NCBI GenBank assembly: GCA_902572825.1 | Contig: CACGHD010000003.1 | Coordinates: forward strand, 5,238 to 69,237 | Reading direction: 5' to 3' | From: an uncultured Prochlorococcus sp. | Lineage (GTDB): Bacteria; Cyanobacteriota; Cyanobacteriia; PCC-6307; Cyanobiaceae | Length of the DNA: 64,000 bases | In this document: in pieces, positions 50,349 to 60,765 of the stretch | Layout of the letters: every line of letters begins with the position of its first letter | How positions within the stretch are numbered: the first letter of the stretch is position 1 | Notes under the pieces: generated by a model | Databases searched by the model: none | What the model saw: the letters and a program-made list of their open reading frames with translations, nothing else | What the model was told of the DNA's origin: nothing | Made by a program: the position numbers and the translations under genes

Positions 50349-50867
50349 TTTTATATTTCATGTGTGATCAATTAGTAAGTTAAAGAGTAAATGACATTTG
50401 TATGTATTAAATATTTCCTTATTTCTGCTTATCTACAGAGGAAATTAACTTTAATTATTAATTAATGTAACATATTTTAAAAAAATTAGTATGAATTCTT
50501 ACTTTTTCTTTGGATTTCACACTTTTAAGTACTATATTGTTACATTTATGTGTCAACATTATCCTAAGACTAGTCTTAATTGAATTGCAGAATTAGCTTT
50601 AAGGTTTTTACTTTAAATCAGATAAAATATTGAAAAATTTTTATAAGAAATATATTTTCAATGTTATTTATTTAAATATTTTTAATAACTAGAAAATTAT
50701 TTTTGTTTGATTTCCGGAAGGTAGAATTTATTTCCTAATGTATATCCAATTGACATCAGAACGAAACCAATAAGTTGAGGTAAATGAGAATTTGCTAGAG
50801 AGATTTTTTCAATCATTTCTCAATGTATAAATTTCCATAATAATAAAATTTTTTAAATACTGTAAGT

Positions 50868-51053
50868 CTATTTTCTTTTTGATTCTTTAATCTCTCCAGA
50901 TTTTTTTAGTGAATTAACAAGTCTTTCATTTTCTGTTTTTAAATTTTCTAATGCAGATTTTGTGAATTGTTCTTTAGCCTCAAATTTTGCTGAACTTATA
51001 ACTTTTTTATTAGGGAGTTTTTTCTTCGGTTCTGGCTTCATATTAAACAGCAA
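50868..51053 (-). CDS. Small basic hypothetical protein
   Basis: ORF only. Confidence 0.45.
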   Translation of the reverse strand: MLFNMKPEPKKKLPNKKVISSAKFEAKEQFTKSALENLKTENERLVNSLKKSGEIKESKRK

Positions 51054-51140
51054 TTTAAAAAATTTTAGAAGTTATTTTTTTTGAGTTAGGTATTATTTTT
51101 TACAGTTTTCTGGTTAATAATATTTGTTTACATAGACAAA

Positions 51141-51353
51141 TTAATCTTTATCTTTTGGGAGCCTTAACCATCCAGTAGTCCATTCTGTTTTTAGTTTTGC
51201 CCACGAGATTCTTTTAATATCTTTTTTATTTTTGGTAGGAAAAATATCAACCCATCTATCTTCATTTTTCCCACCATAAGCTTGTACTTGAAAATGCCTA
51301 TTACCATTAATTGTTTTTGGTGCTGTCCAACACAAAGTAGGAGGCCATTTCAT
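51141..51353 (-). CDS. TIGR02450-like Trp-rich protein
   Basis: CWTAPKTINGNRHFQV..WTTGWL. Confidence 0.75.
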   Translation of the reverse strand: MKWPPTLCWTAPKTINGNRHFQVQAYGGKNEDRWVDIFPTKNKKDIKRISWAKLKTEWTTGWLRLPKDKD

Positions 51354-51534
51354 GAGAAATTTTTAAAAGTTAAAAAACTAAAGGTTGCTTTGCCCAGTTA
51401 ACACTAAACCATAATATGCAATCGTACCAAGGATAAGTATGATTCCTAGTATTCTAATAATCATGAATTAGTATTTTTAAATTCAAATTATATTAGAGAA
51501 ATTTTATAAATTTGCGTTAAAGATTTAATATTTT

Positions 51535-51744
51535 CTAATTTTTCCTTTTTTTATTTCTAACTATGGAGTGGCAAGATTCAGGATGCCATTCATTCTGAAT
51601 CTTGCCAATAAAATCATAAATAAATGAATCTGGACATCCAGTTTTATTTTGAAGTTCTGAAAGTTCTTCTTTAATGAATTCATATACACTCGTTATTATC
51701 CCTAAATTTTCTTCTTGGGTGGGAGCCCATTTTTTGTTCTCCAT
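51535..51744 (-). CDS. Small hypothetical protein (likely start MENKK)
   Basis: TGCPDSFIYDFI..EWHPES. Confidence 0.6.
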   Translation of the reverse strand: MENKKWAPTQEENLGIITSVYEFIKEELSELQNKTGCPDSFIYDFIGKIQNEWHPESCHSIVRNKKRKN

Positions 51745-51754
51745 TAATATTTTT

Positions 51755-51925
51755 TCAATTATTTTCCACAATATCGTAATAGGTTATGTCTCCATAATCA
51801 GCATCTGAACAACATAAATCTCCATATAGTTTCTCTAACAAATCGTACGCATCTGAATACTTATCAAAACTTTGAGCTGTTAATTCGTCATCCTTCCCAT
51901 CAATTCTAATTATTTTGTAGATCAT
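51755..51925 (-). CDS. Uncalled 56-aa acidic protein
   Basis: MIYKIIRIDGKDDELTAQSFDKYSDAYDLLEKLYGDLCCSDADYGDITYYDIVENN*. Confidence 0.65.
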   Translation of the reverse strand: MIYKIIRIDGKDDELTAQSFDKYSDAYDLLEKLYGDLCCSDADYGDITYYDIVENN

Positions 51926-51986
51926 ATTTTACTTAGATGCTTAAAGTATTTTTTTGATTCATTAGTTCATCTTATAAATAAAAATC

Positions 51987-52193
51987 TTATTTAGGAGTAT
52001 TAGTTGGGTAAAGCTTCTGAATTTTATTTTTCTGAATTTCAATTTTTCTTTGTTCATATTTTTTTGCCATTATTTTTCTGATAAATAATTGTGGTATAAG
52101 CCAAACTAATGCAATAGCTACAGCCATGAAAGCTGGATTTCTCCACGTTAACCTTATAGTCTCTTGAATAAATTCTTGATTGAAAATTTCCAT
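51987..52193 (-). CDS. Small membrane protein
   Basis: TM followed by QKNKIQKLYP. Confidence 0.6.
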   Translation of the reverse strand: MEIFNQEFIQETIRLTWRNPAFMAVAIALVWLIPQLFIRKIMAKKYEQRKIEIQKNKIQKLYPTNTPK

Positions 52194-52365
52194 ACATTAA
52201 ATTTTGATGATAAAAATATCTTTGCTTTCTTTTATGAAAATTTTTTTATATCACAAATTATTATAACCTTAATAAATCTTATAAGGACTTTTATAAATTT
52301 TTTCTTTTTCTAGTTTGTTTTTTTTATATTTGGATTTAGATTAATTTTTTATCTTTTAGTTTAAG

Positions 52366-53031
52366 ATGTCGACTTATCTAATTACAGGATCAAATAGGGG
52401 TATTGGATTAGAATTATGTAGGCAAATTTATAAGAGAGGAGATAATGTAATTGCAACGTGTAGGAAAGCTTCAAAAGAACTTAGAGATTTAGGAGTAAGA
52501 GTTGAAGAGAATATAGAAATTTCTTCTAATGAGTCGATAACAAATTTGTGTAAAAAATTATCTGGAGTTAATTTAGACTGCTTAATTCATAATGCAGGAA
52601 TTTATGAATTTAATTCTTTCGAAAACATAGATAAAAAAAGTATTATGCGTCAATTTGAAGTAAATGCACTGAGTCCAATATGTATGACTCAATCACTTAA
52701 ACATCTTTTAAAAAGATCTTCTAAAGTTGCTTTTATCACAAGTAGAATGGGATCTATTGAAGATAATTCATCTGGAAGTTCTTATGGATACAGAATGTCT
52801 AAAGTTGCCCTGTCAATGGCAGCAAAATCACTTTCTATAGATTTATCAAAAGAAGATATTTATGTTGCTATTTTGCATCCTGGGTTAGTGAGTACAAGAA
52901 TGACTGGTTTTACAAGAAATGGAATTAGTCCTGAAGAATCAGCAAGTGGACTTTTAAAACGTATTGATTCTTTAAATAAAAAAAACTCAGGTACTTTTTG
53001 GCATGCCAACGGTGAAGTTTTGCCTTGGTGA
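52366..53031 (+). CDS. Short-chain dehydrogenase (CsgA-like)
   Basis: TGSNRGIG, NAG, YRMSK, HPGLVST. Confidence 0.9.
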   Translation: MSTYLITGSNRGIGLELCRQIYKRGDNVIATCRKASKELRDLGVRVEENIEISSNESITNLCKKLSGVNLDCLIHNAGIYEFNSFENIDKKSIMRQFEVNALSPICMTQSLKHLLKRSSKVAFITSRMGSIEDNSSGSSYGYRMSKVALSMAAKSLSIDLSKEDIYVAILHPGLVSTRMTGFTRNGISPEESASGLLKRIDSLNKKNSGTFWHANGEVLPW

Positions 53032-53306
53032 TATCTACTCTTTTATGTTGAAGAGATTTATATATTGAATTTGTTAAAAAACTTTTAAATTTTTAACGAA
53101 TTTCTTTCCTTATTTAATTCTTTTAGTTATCTTTAAAAAAAACATTAGTAAAGGAGGTGATTCATTGTCGTATCTACCGAAAAATGCGGTTAACAAAGGG
53201 GCCGTGAATTCAGTATCTTCATCACATTCATCGGTCTCTTTTTCCTTAATCAAGAAAAAAGGTTTTATTATTAATAGATTTATATAAATCAGTCAATTAA
53301 TAATCA

Positions 53307-53342
53307 AAAACTCTGCATCTCAAGAAGTTGCAGAGTTTTTTT
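53307..53342. terminator. Intrinsic terminator
   Basis: AAAAACTCTGCA..TGCAGAGTTTTT. Confidence 0.75.
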
Positions 53343-53566
53343 ATGTATTTAATTAATTATTAAAAGTGGATTTTATCTTTTTTGTCCGAAGTAAATTAAG
53401 GCTAAAAAAGATAAAGTGCTTACCAAAGCGATTAAATACCACCCAGTTGAGGAGTTGCTAGTTACTTCTGTCATTTATTTTGATTCTTGTCGGAGGAATT
53501 GATTATTTGAGAGAAAATCACAATTGATATCATCAAAAAAACTAAAAGAATGTAAGTTACGTTCAT

Positions 53567-53821
53567 TTATAAAAAATTGCTAATTATCAAAAAGATTATT
53601 CCTAGAACTACCGTAATAATTGCTCCATCAACTAATAAGTCTTTCCATGTATAGCTTTTAAGCATCCTTGCTTTATCTTCTTCACTCATAAGGTTCTTTA
53701 ACCACGTCCAATCTAAAAGCTGTGTCAACGCAACACCAAAAATTAAATGACCAAACAAAATACCAATTAGATCAATTCTAGAAATATCTTTAGTGAGACT
53801 TGTAATAATAAAAAAGTCCAC
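53567..53821 (-). CDS. Small membrane protein
   Basis: Two TM segments. Confidence 0.6.
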   Translation of the reverse strand: MDFFIITSLTKDISRIDLIGILFGHLIFGVALTQLLDWTWLKNLMSEEDKARMLKSYTWKDLLVDGAIITVVLGIIFLIISNFL

Positions 53822-54048
53822 TAGCTTTTTTCTTTATTAGATAAGGCACCACCTTCTTCTTTGTATTTTTCCCAAGCCTCGCTTATTTTTGCTTTAGAAA
53901 AATTTTGTTTCCCCTCAGATAATTTATTTTTGAGGTTATTTAAACTATTACTCAGCTCTTTTTTTGTTGGTTCATCAAGAAAATTTGATGTTAATTTCCA
54001 TAAATACCAGCTACTAGCTAGTAAAAGAATTAATCCCAGTAATTGCAT
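53821..54048 (-). CDS. Small membrane-anchored protein
   Basis: N-terminal TM. Confidence 0.6.
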   Translation of the reverse strand: MQLLGLILLLASSWYLWKLTSNFLDEPTKKELSNSLNNLKNKLSEGKQNFSKAKISEAWEKYKEEGGALSNKEKS

Positions 54049-54138
54049 ATTAGTTTTTTACCATCCTACAACTTTTTAAATGGTTTCGATAATTTAATTA
54101 ATTAAATACCTTCAGAATTTTTTTGAGAATAATCAAAA

Positions 54139-54366
54139 TTAAAACTTTAACCAGTGGAAAAATACTCTATCCAGCAACCATATAGTTAATCCCCCTTCCA
54201 AGAAAGCTAGCCAGTACATACCATAATCTGAAAAACCCATTTGTTCTTTTACTGTTTTAATTAATTTTTTGTGAGCTTGAATGAGATCTTTCATTAATAA
54301 AAATATTTGTTTTAAAGCTGCTGCATTTCTTGAACTAAAAAACCCTTTCCATAGCAAGATAGACAC
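54139..54366 (-). CDS. Small membrane protein (start uncertain, probably MKDLIQ)
   Basis: GFSDYGMYWLAFLEGG. Confidence 0.55.
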   Translation of the reverse strand: MSILLWKGFFSSRNAAALKQIFLLMKDLIQAHKKLIKTVKEQMGFSDYGMYWLAFLEGGLTIWLLDRVFFHWLKF

Positions 54367-54563
54367 GTTTTAGTCTCATCTAATGAAATTCTTAGAAATC
54401 CTGCACCCTTACATCTAAAGCAATTTACTTTAGAAGTTGAGTATAGTTTTGACTTTATTTTAGCAGCTCGGTTTAAGTAAGAAACAGTTTCCTTACGACC
54501 ATTTGCTTGAGCAGCTTTGTTTAAAAGCTTTTTGTAGTTGACTTTAAGTTCTTGGGTATTCAT
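54312..54563 (-). CDS. Small protein with DnaJ-type zinc finger
   Basis: CFRCKGAG and CLSCYGKG. Confidence 0.75.
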   Translation of the reverse strand: MNTQELKVNYKKLLNKAAQANGRKETVSYLNRAAKIKSKLYSTSKVNCFRCKGAGFLRISLDETKTCLSCYGKGFLVQEMQQL

Positions 54564-55017
54564 CTTTTAATTGAAACAAGTTTTCAAATATAGGTAAAAA
54601 AAAGCAATAAATAATTAAAATAAGCCCTATGAATTTACCGTTTATATTTCTAATCTGATCTCATATTGAGATTAAGTTAATATAACAGATATTTTTTTTT
54701 AATGTTTATTATGGAAATACAATTTTTTTTAAATAGAAAATTTACATTCGATGAACTAATTTAAAATATCTAAAAACAAAATATAAATTAAAGAGATTCC
54801 TTGTAAAATGCTATTTTGGTGAATCGAAGAAACTATCCAGCTTTTTTTAAATTTTTAACTAAAAAATCATTTTCGTTAGTAAGTACATCAAACTTTGATT
54901 TCTTAATTTTTTCCTTGATTTCAGTAGTCGGATTTTTTTTTATTTTGTTATAAATCATAGTTTATATAAGTCAAACAAAAAAATGACCTCTAAATCTTAC
55001 TGATCGACAAAACAAAA

Positions 55018-55128
55018 TGTGGATATATTTTTTTTAAAAGAGAAAATATTTTATTTTGCACATAGAAGATTTAATTCAATCAACATATTGTGGAAAACCC
55101 TGTTGAAAAACACTAAAAAAGTGGATAA
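55018..55128. promoter_or_regulatory. Cluster of co-oriented DnaA-box-like sites
   Basis: TGTGGATAT 55018, TGTGGAAAA 55089, TGTTGAAAA 55101, AGTGGATAA 55120. Confidence 0.5.
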
Positions 55129-55490
55129 CTCTCGGGGAGCATGATCAAAACAAGCTTTTCTGGAATAATTTTTAAGTATTAATACTTCATCAAGTAAAGT
55201 TTAAATATAGTTTAAGATGCTTCATAATCTATTGTTATAACTGTGGGATCATTACTTTTATATTTGTAAAAAAAGATTTTTCTAGAAACTCGTGTTGAGA
55301 AAAAAATAAAAAAATTATTTTTGAATGATGTATCAAATTGACAAATAAAGTTAAGAAAAATAAATGGAAACTTGAATTTTTGAATATTTGTCTCATCTGT
55401 TTAAATTAAGTCTTGATTCGGTTTTCTCTATGGCAACACTTCTCAAACGCAAGATTAATCAAATAGGTTTGTAGGAATTAAATATTTAAA

Positions 55491-55727
55491 ATGAAAGAAG
55501 AAAAAAAGGGATCAAAAAAATGTTCTGGGAAGAAAAACATTATGTTTGCCTATGGTTTTATACAACTAAGTTCTGGTTTCGTCTCTGCTATAGCATTGGC
55601 TGTGATTGCTTTTGGGTTCTGTTCAGTAAAGAAAGAGTCTAAACTTTTTAATAAATGTGTTGCCGAAATTATTGAAGATGGTGGTACTAATTCAGAAGCG
55701 GTAAGGTTTTGCAATGGGGGAAATTAA
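55491..55727 (+). CDS. Small membrane protein
   Basis: TM; FNKCV..AVRFCNGG. Confidence 0.65.
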   Translation: MKEEKKGSKKCSGKKNIMFAYGFIQLSSGFVSAIALAVIAFGFCSVKKESKLFNKCVAEIIEDGGTNSEAVRFCNGGN

Positions 55728-55748
55728 AAGTCTTAACAGAACAATTAA

Positions 55749-55991
55749 ATGGATTCGACAAGTGATTTGATTATTGACTCATTAAAAGAAGAGCCAATTG
55801 GAGAGACTAACCATTTTACTTGGTTTATAACAGATATTGGTATTGTTGCCCTATTTAAAAAAGATGAGGACTTTGAAACTTACAGTTCAAATGTCGAAAT
55901 TGAGGCAAATAAAATTGCTTTGGATATAACCAAAGAAGAGAAAGAGTACCTTAAAATAAAAGAGAGACAGCTTTTCTTGTTTTATTCATAA
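55749..55991 (+). CDS. Hypothetical protein
   Basis: 80-aa ORF. Confidence 0.6.
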   Translation: MDSTSDLIIDSLKEEPIGETNHFTWFITDIGIVALFKKDEDFETYSSNVEIEANKIALDITKEEKEYLKIKERQLFLFYS

Positions 55992-56011
55992 TCTAGGATA
56001 TAGCCCTTAAT

Positions 56012-56206
56012 TTAGTAAGATGGCTCTAGGTTAAAGGCTTGCTCCATAATATTGTTTTCGCTAATCAATTCGTAGGTTAGCTCTTTATTTAGTGCATTTA
56101 TATAAGATGTATAAAGTTTTCCCCAAACAAATTCAAATTCATCTTTACTTAAATTCTTGAAAAGAATTTCTCCTTTGAAGTAAATGTGATAAGAATCATT
56201 CATCAT
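56012..56206 (-). CDS. Hypothetical protein
   Basis: YHIYFKGEILFKNLSKDEF..W. Confidence 0.6.
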   Translation of the reverse strand: MMNDSYHIYFKGEILFKNLSKDEFEFVWGKLYTSYINALNKELTYELISENNIMEQAFNLEPSY

Positions 56207-56300
56207 GGAAAATAAATCTTACCCTTTTTAACGCAGTGAAATATGTATGTAGTATTAGGTGCTACTAAAAAGAAATTTATATTTAGGTGTTAGAAACTTT

Positions 56301-56612
56301 TTAGGCTATCCTTGTATTCATTTTTTGTTTTTTGAATAATCCGACTGTCTCATCAAGATCCATACATGGCTGAATACTTATATCCATTAACCTTCTCCAG
56401 GGATGCCATTGCTTCCAAATTGTCTCAAGAGAATCTGCACTCACTACAGAATGTCCAATACCATTTTGAACCATAAAAATCCAAGAATGAACCTCATAGT
56501 TTTCAGGTCTGTTTTGGGGCCCACCTGATTCGTACCAATTAATTAGCATTTCTGCTCCTTCTTCTTGATCCTCGCCATCTGTAAATTCGTAGGAAATCAA
56601 ATACCTTTGCAT
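56301..56612 (-). CDS. DUF3303-family protein
   Basis: G..VVSADS..IWKQWHPW..ISIQP. Confidence 0.7.
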   Translation of the reverse strand: MQRYLISYEFTDGEDQEEGAEMLINWYESGGPQNRPENYEVHSWIFMVQNGIGHSVVSADSLETIWKQWHPWRRLMDISIQPCMDLDETVGLFKKQKMNTRIA

Positions 56613-56895
56613 ATAGATTATTATTAAAATCTTTAAACTATTTTAACTCTAGATTTAGATATTGCCTCGCAATTTAATTAATGCTATGAAGTTTATAGAA
56701 GTGATTGTTATAAATGATCGAAAGATTTGGGAAAATCAAAAAGAATATTTTGACTAATCTATCATTTATCAATAGGACAATCTTGAAGTATTTTCAAAAC
56801 CATGATCTGTTCGTATAGCTCCAGTTAAAAGATAAAATTTGATACTTTTTAAAATACCTTAAATTAGTTACCATATTTGTACTGTATAGAAATCA

Positions 56896-57279
56896 ATGAT
56901 AAATAAAAAGGATCAAAGCGATCCAATTGATAATTTAGAGTATGAAAAAATTCTAGAAGAAGAAATAATTAATTCGTACGAAAGTAAATTTCAGAAAGAT
57001 ACTACAGAAGATATTAAAAAGATTAAATTCTACAGACTTAAAAGAACTCCATTAGAAATATTAAATAGGTCATTTTTCTTTTTCTTTATTGGAAGTTTTC
57101 TATTCTCTTTGTTTTTAGCTTATTCAGAAAGTAAGTTGTGGTTCATACTTTATGTAATAAGTGCATTGTCATGTGTTTTTTATACTCCTAATAGAAAAGC
57201 ACTTAAAGAATTAATAGCAGCTTGGCCAAATATAGAGGATCTCATTAAAGGCAGGAGTTTGTGGAGAAAAGGGAAGTAA
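56896..57279 (+). CDS. Membrane hypothetical protein
   Basis: Two TM segments. Confidence 0.65.
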   Translation: MINKKDQSDPIDNLEYEKILEEEIINSYESKFQKDTTEDIKKIKFYRLKRTPLEILNRSFFFFFIGSFLFSLFLAYSESKLWFILYVISALSCVFYTPNRKALKELIAAWPNIEDLIKGRSLWRKGK

Positions 57280-57589
57280 ATAGATTATGAAACCGTTAAA
57301 TGCATTTAAAAAGTGGTTATTAAATATTCTTGTACCATATATTGAAGGTACCAACAATAAAAAAGAGGATAAAAAATGAGCCTTATACAGCCTGTAATTA
57401 TTGTTGAAATTTTTTTGTTTTTGGGAGTTTTTTTATGGGTTAGGAAACTAAATAGTAAACAAAGTAGGCAACCATCTCTATCAAAAAAAATAATTAAAAA
57501 TCTTAAATTTTAGAATTTTGATCACAAAATAAGGAATTTTTATAAAGAGTTCAAATTCATGGGAAAATTCTTTCCTTTTTTCTCTCACT

Positions 57590-57988
57590 TTGTATGTGAA
57601 ATCGGTTAGAACATCTACATCGTTCTTAAAAAATATGGTTTCCTCCATTCAAGGTCTTGCTCCAATAACCAATCCATTAAACAGTGTCTTAATAGAAAAG
57701 AAACTAATAAATGTTGATCAGAAGTTTATTCAACTTGTTTCTCTGGCAGAAGGGTTACCTCGGACAGAAGTTATTGAAAGTGGAAGGAATTATTGGAGAG
57801 GTGTTTGTAGAAGCTTGATTTTTAGATTTCCTGACGATCTTGAAATTTTAAAGCTTGATGTAAGAAGTTATGTAGATAGATCAAAAGGAATTATTCAGAT
57901 AAGATCTGCAGCAAGATTAGGGCAATCAGATTTAGGCGTTAATCTAAGAAGAGTGGAATACTTGTTTAATCAATTAGAAAAATTTTAA
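57590..57988 (+). CDS. DUF1499-family protein
   Basis: SLIFRFPDDLE; RSAARLGQSDLGVNLRRV. Confidence 0.8.
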   Translation: MYVKSVRTSTSFLKNMVSSIQGLAPITNPLNSVLIEKKLINVDQKFIQLVSLAEGLPRTEVIESGRNYWRGVCRSLIFRFPDDLEILKLDVRSYVDRSKGIIQIRSAARLGQSDLGVNLRRVEYLFNQLEKF

Positions 57989-58065
57989 TTAATCTATTTT
58001 TTATAAATTCAAGGTTCTTTTTACTAAATAGGTGTGCTTTAATTTATAAGAATATTTGAATTGCC

Positions 58066-58197
58066 ATGGTAAAGATAATCTTAGTTGGAATTATTGTCGC
58101 GCTTGTATATTCTCAACCTGACCTTCGTCTTACAGTGGCTGATTGGTTAAAAGCAGCTTCTGATTTTCTTATTGAATCAGTACAAGTAAAACCTTGA
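58066..58197 (+). CDS. Uncalled 43-aa membrane protein
   Basis: MVKIILVGIIVALVYSQPDLRLTVADWLKAASDFLIESVQVKP*. Confidence 0.55.
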   Translation: MVKIILVGIIVALVYSQPDLRLTVADWLKAASDFLIESVQVKP

Positions 58198-58380
58198 ATT
58201 AATTTTTAATGAAGCATTAAAAAAGACCTGAGATAGTGATCATTTGTTTAATGCAAACAGCTACGAAAATAAATATTATTATCCTGCTTAATATATATTT
58301 CACTTAAACAAATAAATAGTTTTAGGAACATAATAGAAAATTTTTTTGAAATTTTTGAATAGTTAACGATAATAAGGGAT

Positions 58381-59436
58381 ATGAAGCTTAGATTATTTGA
58401 GTTCTATTTTATTAAAGACTATTTAAGGCCTTGGTTTGGTCTTATTTATTCTTTATTCTTTCTGTTTTTTTTAGGTGCAATTGGCTATCGAATAACAGAG
58501 GGATGGGAATGGAGTGATTGCTTATGGATGGTTCTGATCACAATAACCACTATTGGTTTTGGAGAAGTTCAACCTTTAAGTCCTGAAGGCAGGATTGTAA
58601 CTGTTTTAGTAATCGTTGGCGGATTAATCTTTATTCAATTTACTTTTCAAAAAGCTGTAAGATTATTCGAATCCGGCTATTTTCAAAGAGTAAACGAATT
58701 ACGTTTTAAAAGACTTCTTAGAAAAATGGAAAATCATGTAATTTTGTGCGGATATGGGAGGGTAGGTCAGGAAATATCTAACCAAATAAAAACGCAAAAT
58801 ATTCCTATTATCGTTGTTGAGAGTGACGAAGATAGAAAAAAGATTGCGGAAGAAAATGGTTTAGAAGTTCTTTGTGCAGATGCAACTCTTGATGAGACTT
58901 TAAAACTGGCAGGATTAGAAAAATGCAAAAGTTTGGTTGTTACCTTACCTAATGACGCTGCTAATTTATATGTTGTTTTAAGCGCTAAAGGTATAAGAAG
59001 TTCTATAAGAGTAATAGCAAGAGCAGGAACTGAAGAAGCAGCAAGTAAGTTGAGATTAGCCGGGGCAAGTATAGTTGTAAGTCCTTATATAGCTGCAGGA
59101 AGAGCAATGGCATCAATGGCTTTAAGGCCAATAGCTATTGACTTTCTTGATCTGCTTGCAGGAAGTGAATGTGAAATTGAAGAATTTGAATTAAGTAATG
59201 ATATTAGTCTTTTTGAAACAGCAGAGAAAAGATCACTTTCTGAACTTGGAATAGGCAAAAAGAGTGGAGCAAAAATTTTAGCTATTAAAGAAAATGAAAA
59301 ATTGTTCACTAATCCAGGAGGGAACTTTATACTTCAACCAGGTCAGGTTTTAATAGCATTTGGTAGTAAAGAACAACTAAATATTTTGAACGGTTTATTA
59401 GGAAATCTTGTTGTAGCAGTAGAGTTATTAAAATAG
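58381..59436 (+). CDS. Potassium channel with RCK (TrkA-N/C) domains
   Basis: TTIGFGE selectivity filter; CGYGRVG. Confidence 0.92.
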   Translation: MKLRLFEFYFIKDYLRPWFGLIYSLFFLFFLGAIGYRITEGWEWSDCLWMVLITITTIGFGEVQPLSPEGRIVTVLVIVGGLIFIQFTFQKAVRLFESGYFQRVNELRFKRLLRKMENHVILCGYGRVGQEISNQIKTQNIPIIVVESDEDRKKIAEENGLEVLCADATLDETLKLAGLEKCKSLVVTLPNDAANLYVVLSAKGIRSSIRVIARAGTEEAASKLRLAGASIVVSPYIAAGRAMASMALRPIAIDFLDLLAGSECEIEEFELSNDISLFETAEKRSLSELGIGKKSGAKILAIKENEKLFTNPGGNFILQPGQVLIAFGSKEQLNILNGLLGNLVVAVELLK

Positions 59437-59490
59437 ATAGATCGAGATTCAGAATTAATTGCTAAATTGATTTTGAGTGGAATAAATTAA

Positions 59491-59844
59491 ATGAAAATAT
59501 TTAAATTTCTATTCGTTATTCCTGTAATAACTTTAATAGTTATTTATCAAACTTCTTTGCAAAATAGATATCTAATGGCTTCTGATATTAGAGATGGAGA
59601 GACAATTTTTAGAAATGTTTGTGCAAGCTGCCATTTAAGAGGTGGATCAGTCGTTCTTAAGGGATCTAAATCATTAAAACTTTCCGACCTTGAAAAAAGA
59701 GGAATAGCAGATGTAAATTCAATAACAATTATTGCCAATGAAGGGATTGGTTTTATGAAGGGTTATAAAAATAAATTGAAGGATGGAGAGGATAAGGTTC
59801 TTGCACAATGGATCATTCAAAATGCAGAAAAGGGTTGGGAGTAA
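59491..59844 (+). CDS. Cytochrome c6-like protein
   Basis: Signal peptide, CASCH haem motif, GIGFMKGY. Confidence 0.85.
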   Translation: MKIFKFLFVIPVITLIVIYQTSLQNRYLMASDIRDGETIFRNVCASCHLRGGSVVLKGSKSLKLSDLEKRGIADVNSITIIANEGIGFMKGYKNKLKDGEDKVLAQWIIQNAEKGWE

Positions 59845-60021
59845 ATGAAAAGTTTGCTTCTTTAATATGTTTGTGTGAGGAAAATTAAAGAAGCATTTTA
59901 TATTAAATAAAAAGGTTTAAGGACAAATTAAAAAGCTAATAAGATCAAATAAAAAAAATTATTGAATGTGAAGTAAATATGAAATAATTAAATCAAATAA
60001 ATTTGATTATATAAAATATAT

Positions 60022-60765
60022 TTGTTGGGTTTACAAATGACTATTAAAGATCATAAAAGTTTGCAGGGCTCAAAAATTCTTCTAGTAGAGGATGATAAGA
60101 GTATTAGGCTGACAGTTAGTGAATCACTGAATGGCGAGGGTTTTCAAGTGTTAACTTTTAAAGATGGTTTAAGTGCCTCAGATTTTATTGGCGATAATAC
60201 TAGAAATGATATAGATCTTATAATTCTTGATTTGATGTTGCCAGGGCTTAATGGATTAGAATTATGCAGAAAAATAAGAAATGAAGAAAACTATACACCC
60301 ATATTAATTTTGAGTGCTAAAGATAATGAATCAGACCGGGTTCTTGGATTAGAGGTTGGTGCTGATGATTATTTAACAAAACCTTTTGGTCTAAATGAAT
60401 TAATTGCCAGATCAAGAGCATTAATAAGAAGATCCAAGCGTAATAAGAAATATTTAGACAAAACACAAACTATCATCGAGTTTAATCATATAAAAATGTT
60501 TTTAGAAGAATGCAGAGTAACTTCTTTTGATAGGGAAATAACTTTATCTCCAAAAGAATTTAAACTATTAGAGTTATTTATGAAAAGTCCAAAAAGGGTA
60601 TGGTCAAGGGATTTAATTCTTGAAAAAATATGGGAAATTGACTTTATTGGTGATACTAAAACAGTTGATGTGCATGTTAGATGGCTTAGAGAAAAATTAG
60701 AAGAAGATCCTTCTGCGCCAAAACTTCTGAAAACTGTAAGAGGTTTTGGATATAAGTTTGGATGA
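60022..60765 (+). CDS. phoB: Phosphate regulon response regulator
   Basis: OmpR family (LDLMLP, GADDYLTKPF, TVDVHVRWLREK); next to pstS. Confidence 0.9.
   Translation: MLGLQMTIKDHKSLQGSKILLVEDDKSIRLTVSESLNGEGFQVLTFKDGLSASDFIGDNTRNDIDLIILDLMLPGLNGLELCRKIRNEENYTPILILSAKDNESDRVLGLEVGADDYLTKPFGLNELIARSRALIRRSKRNKKYLDKTQTIIEFNHIKMFLEECRVTSFDREITLSPKEFKLLELFMKSPKRVWSRDLILEKIWEIDFIGDTKTVDVHVRWLREKLEEDPSAPKLLKTVRGFGYKFG

Noticed and set aside
55217-55244. Possible dif site
   Set aside because: Only CATAA matches; no XerD-like TTATGTTAAAT half
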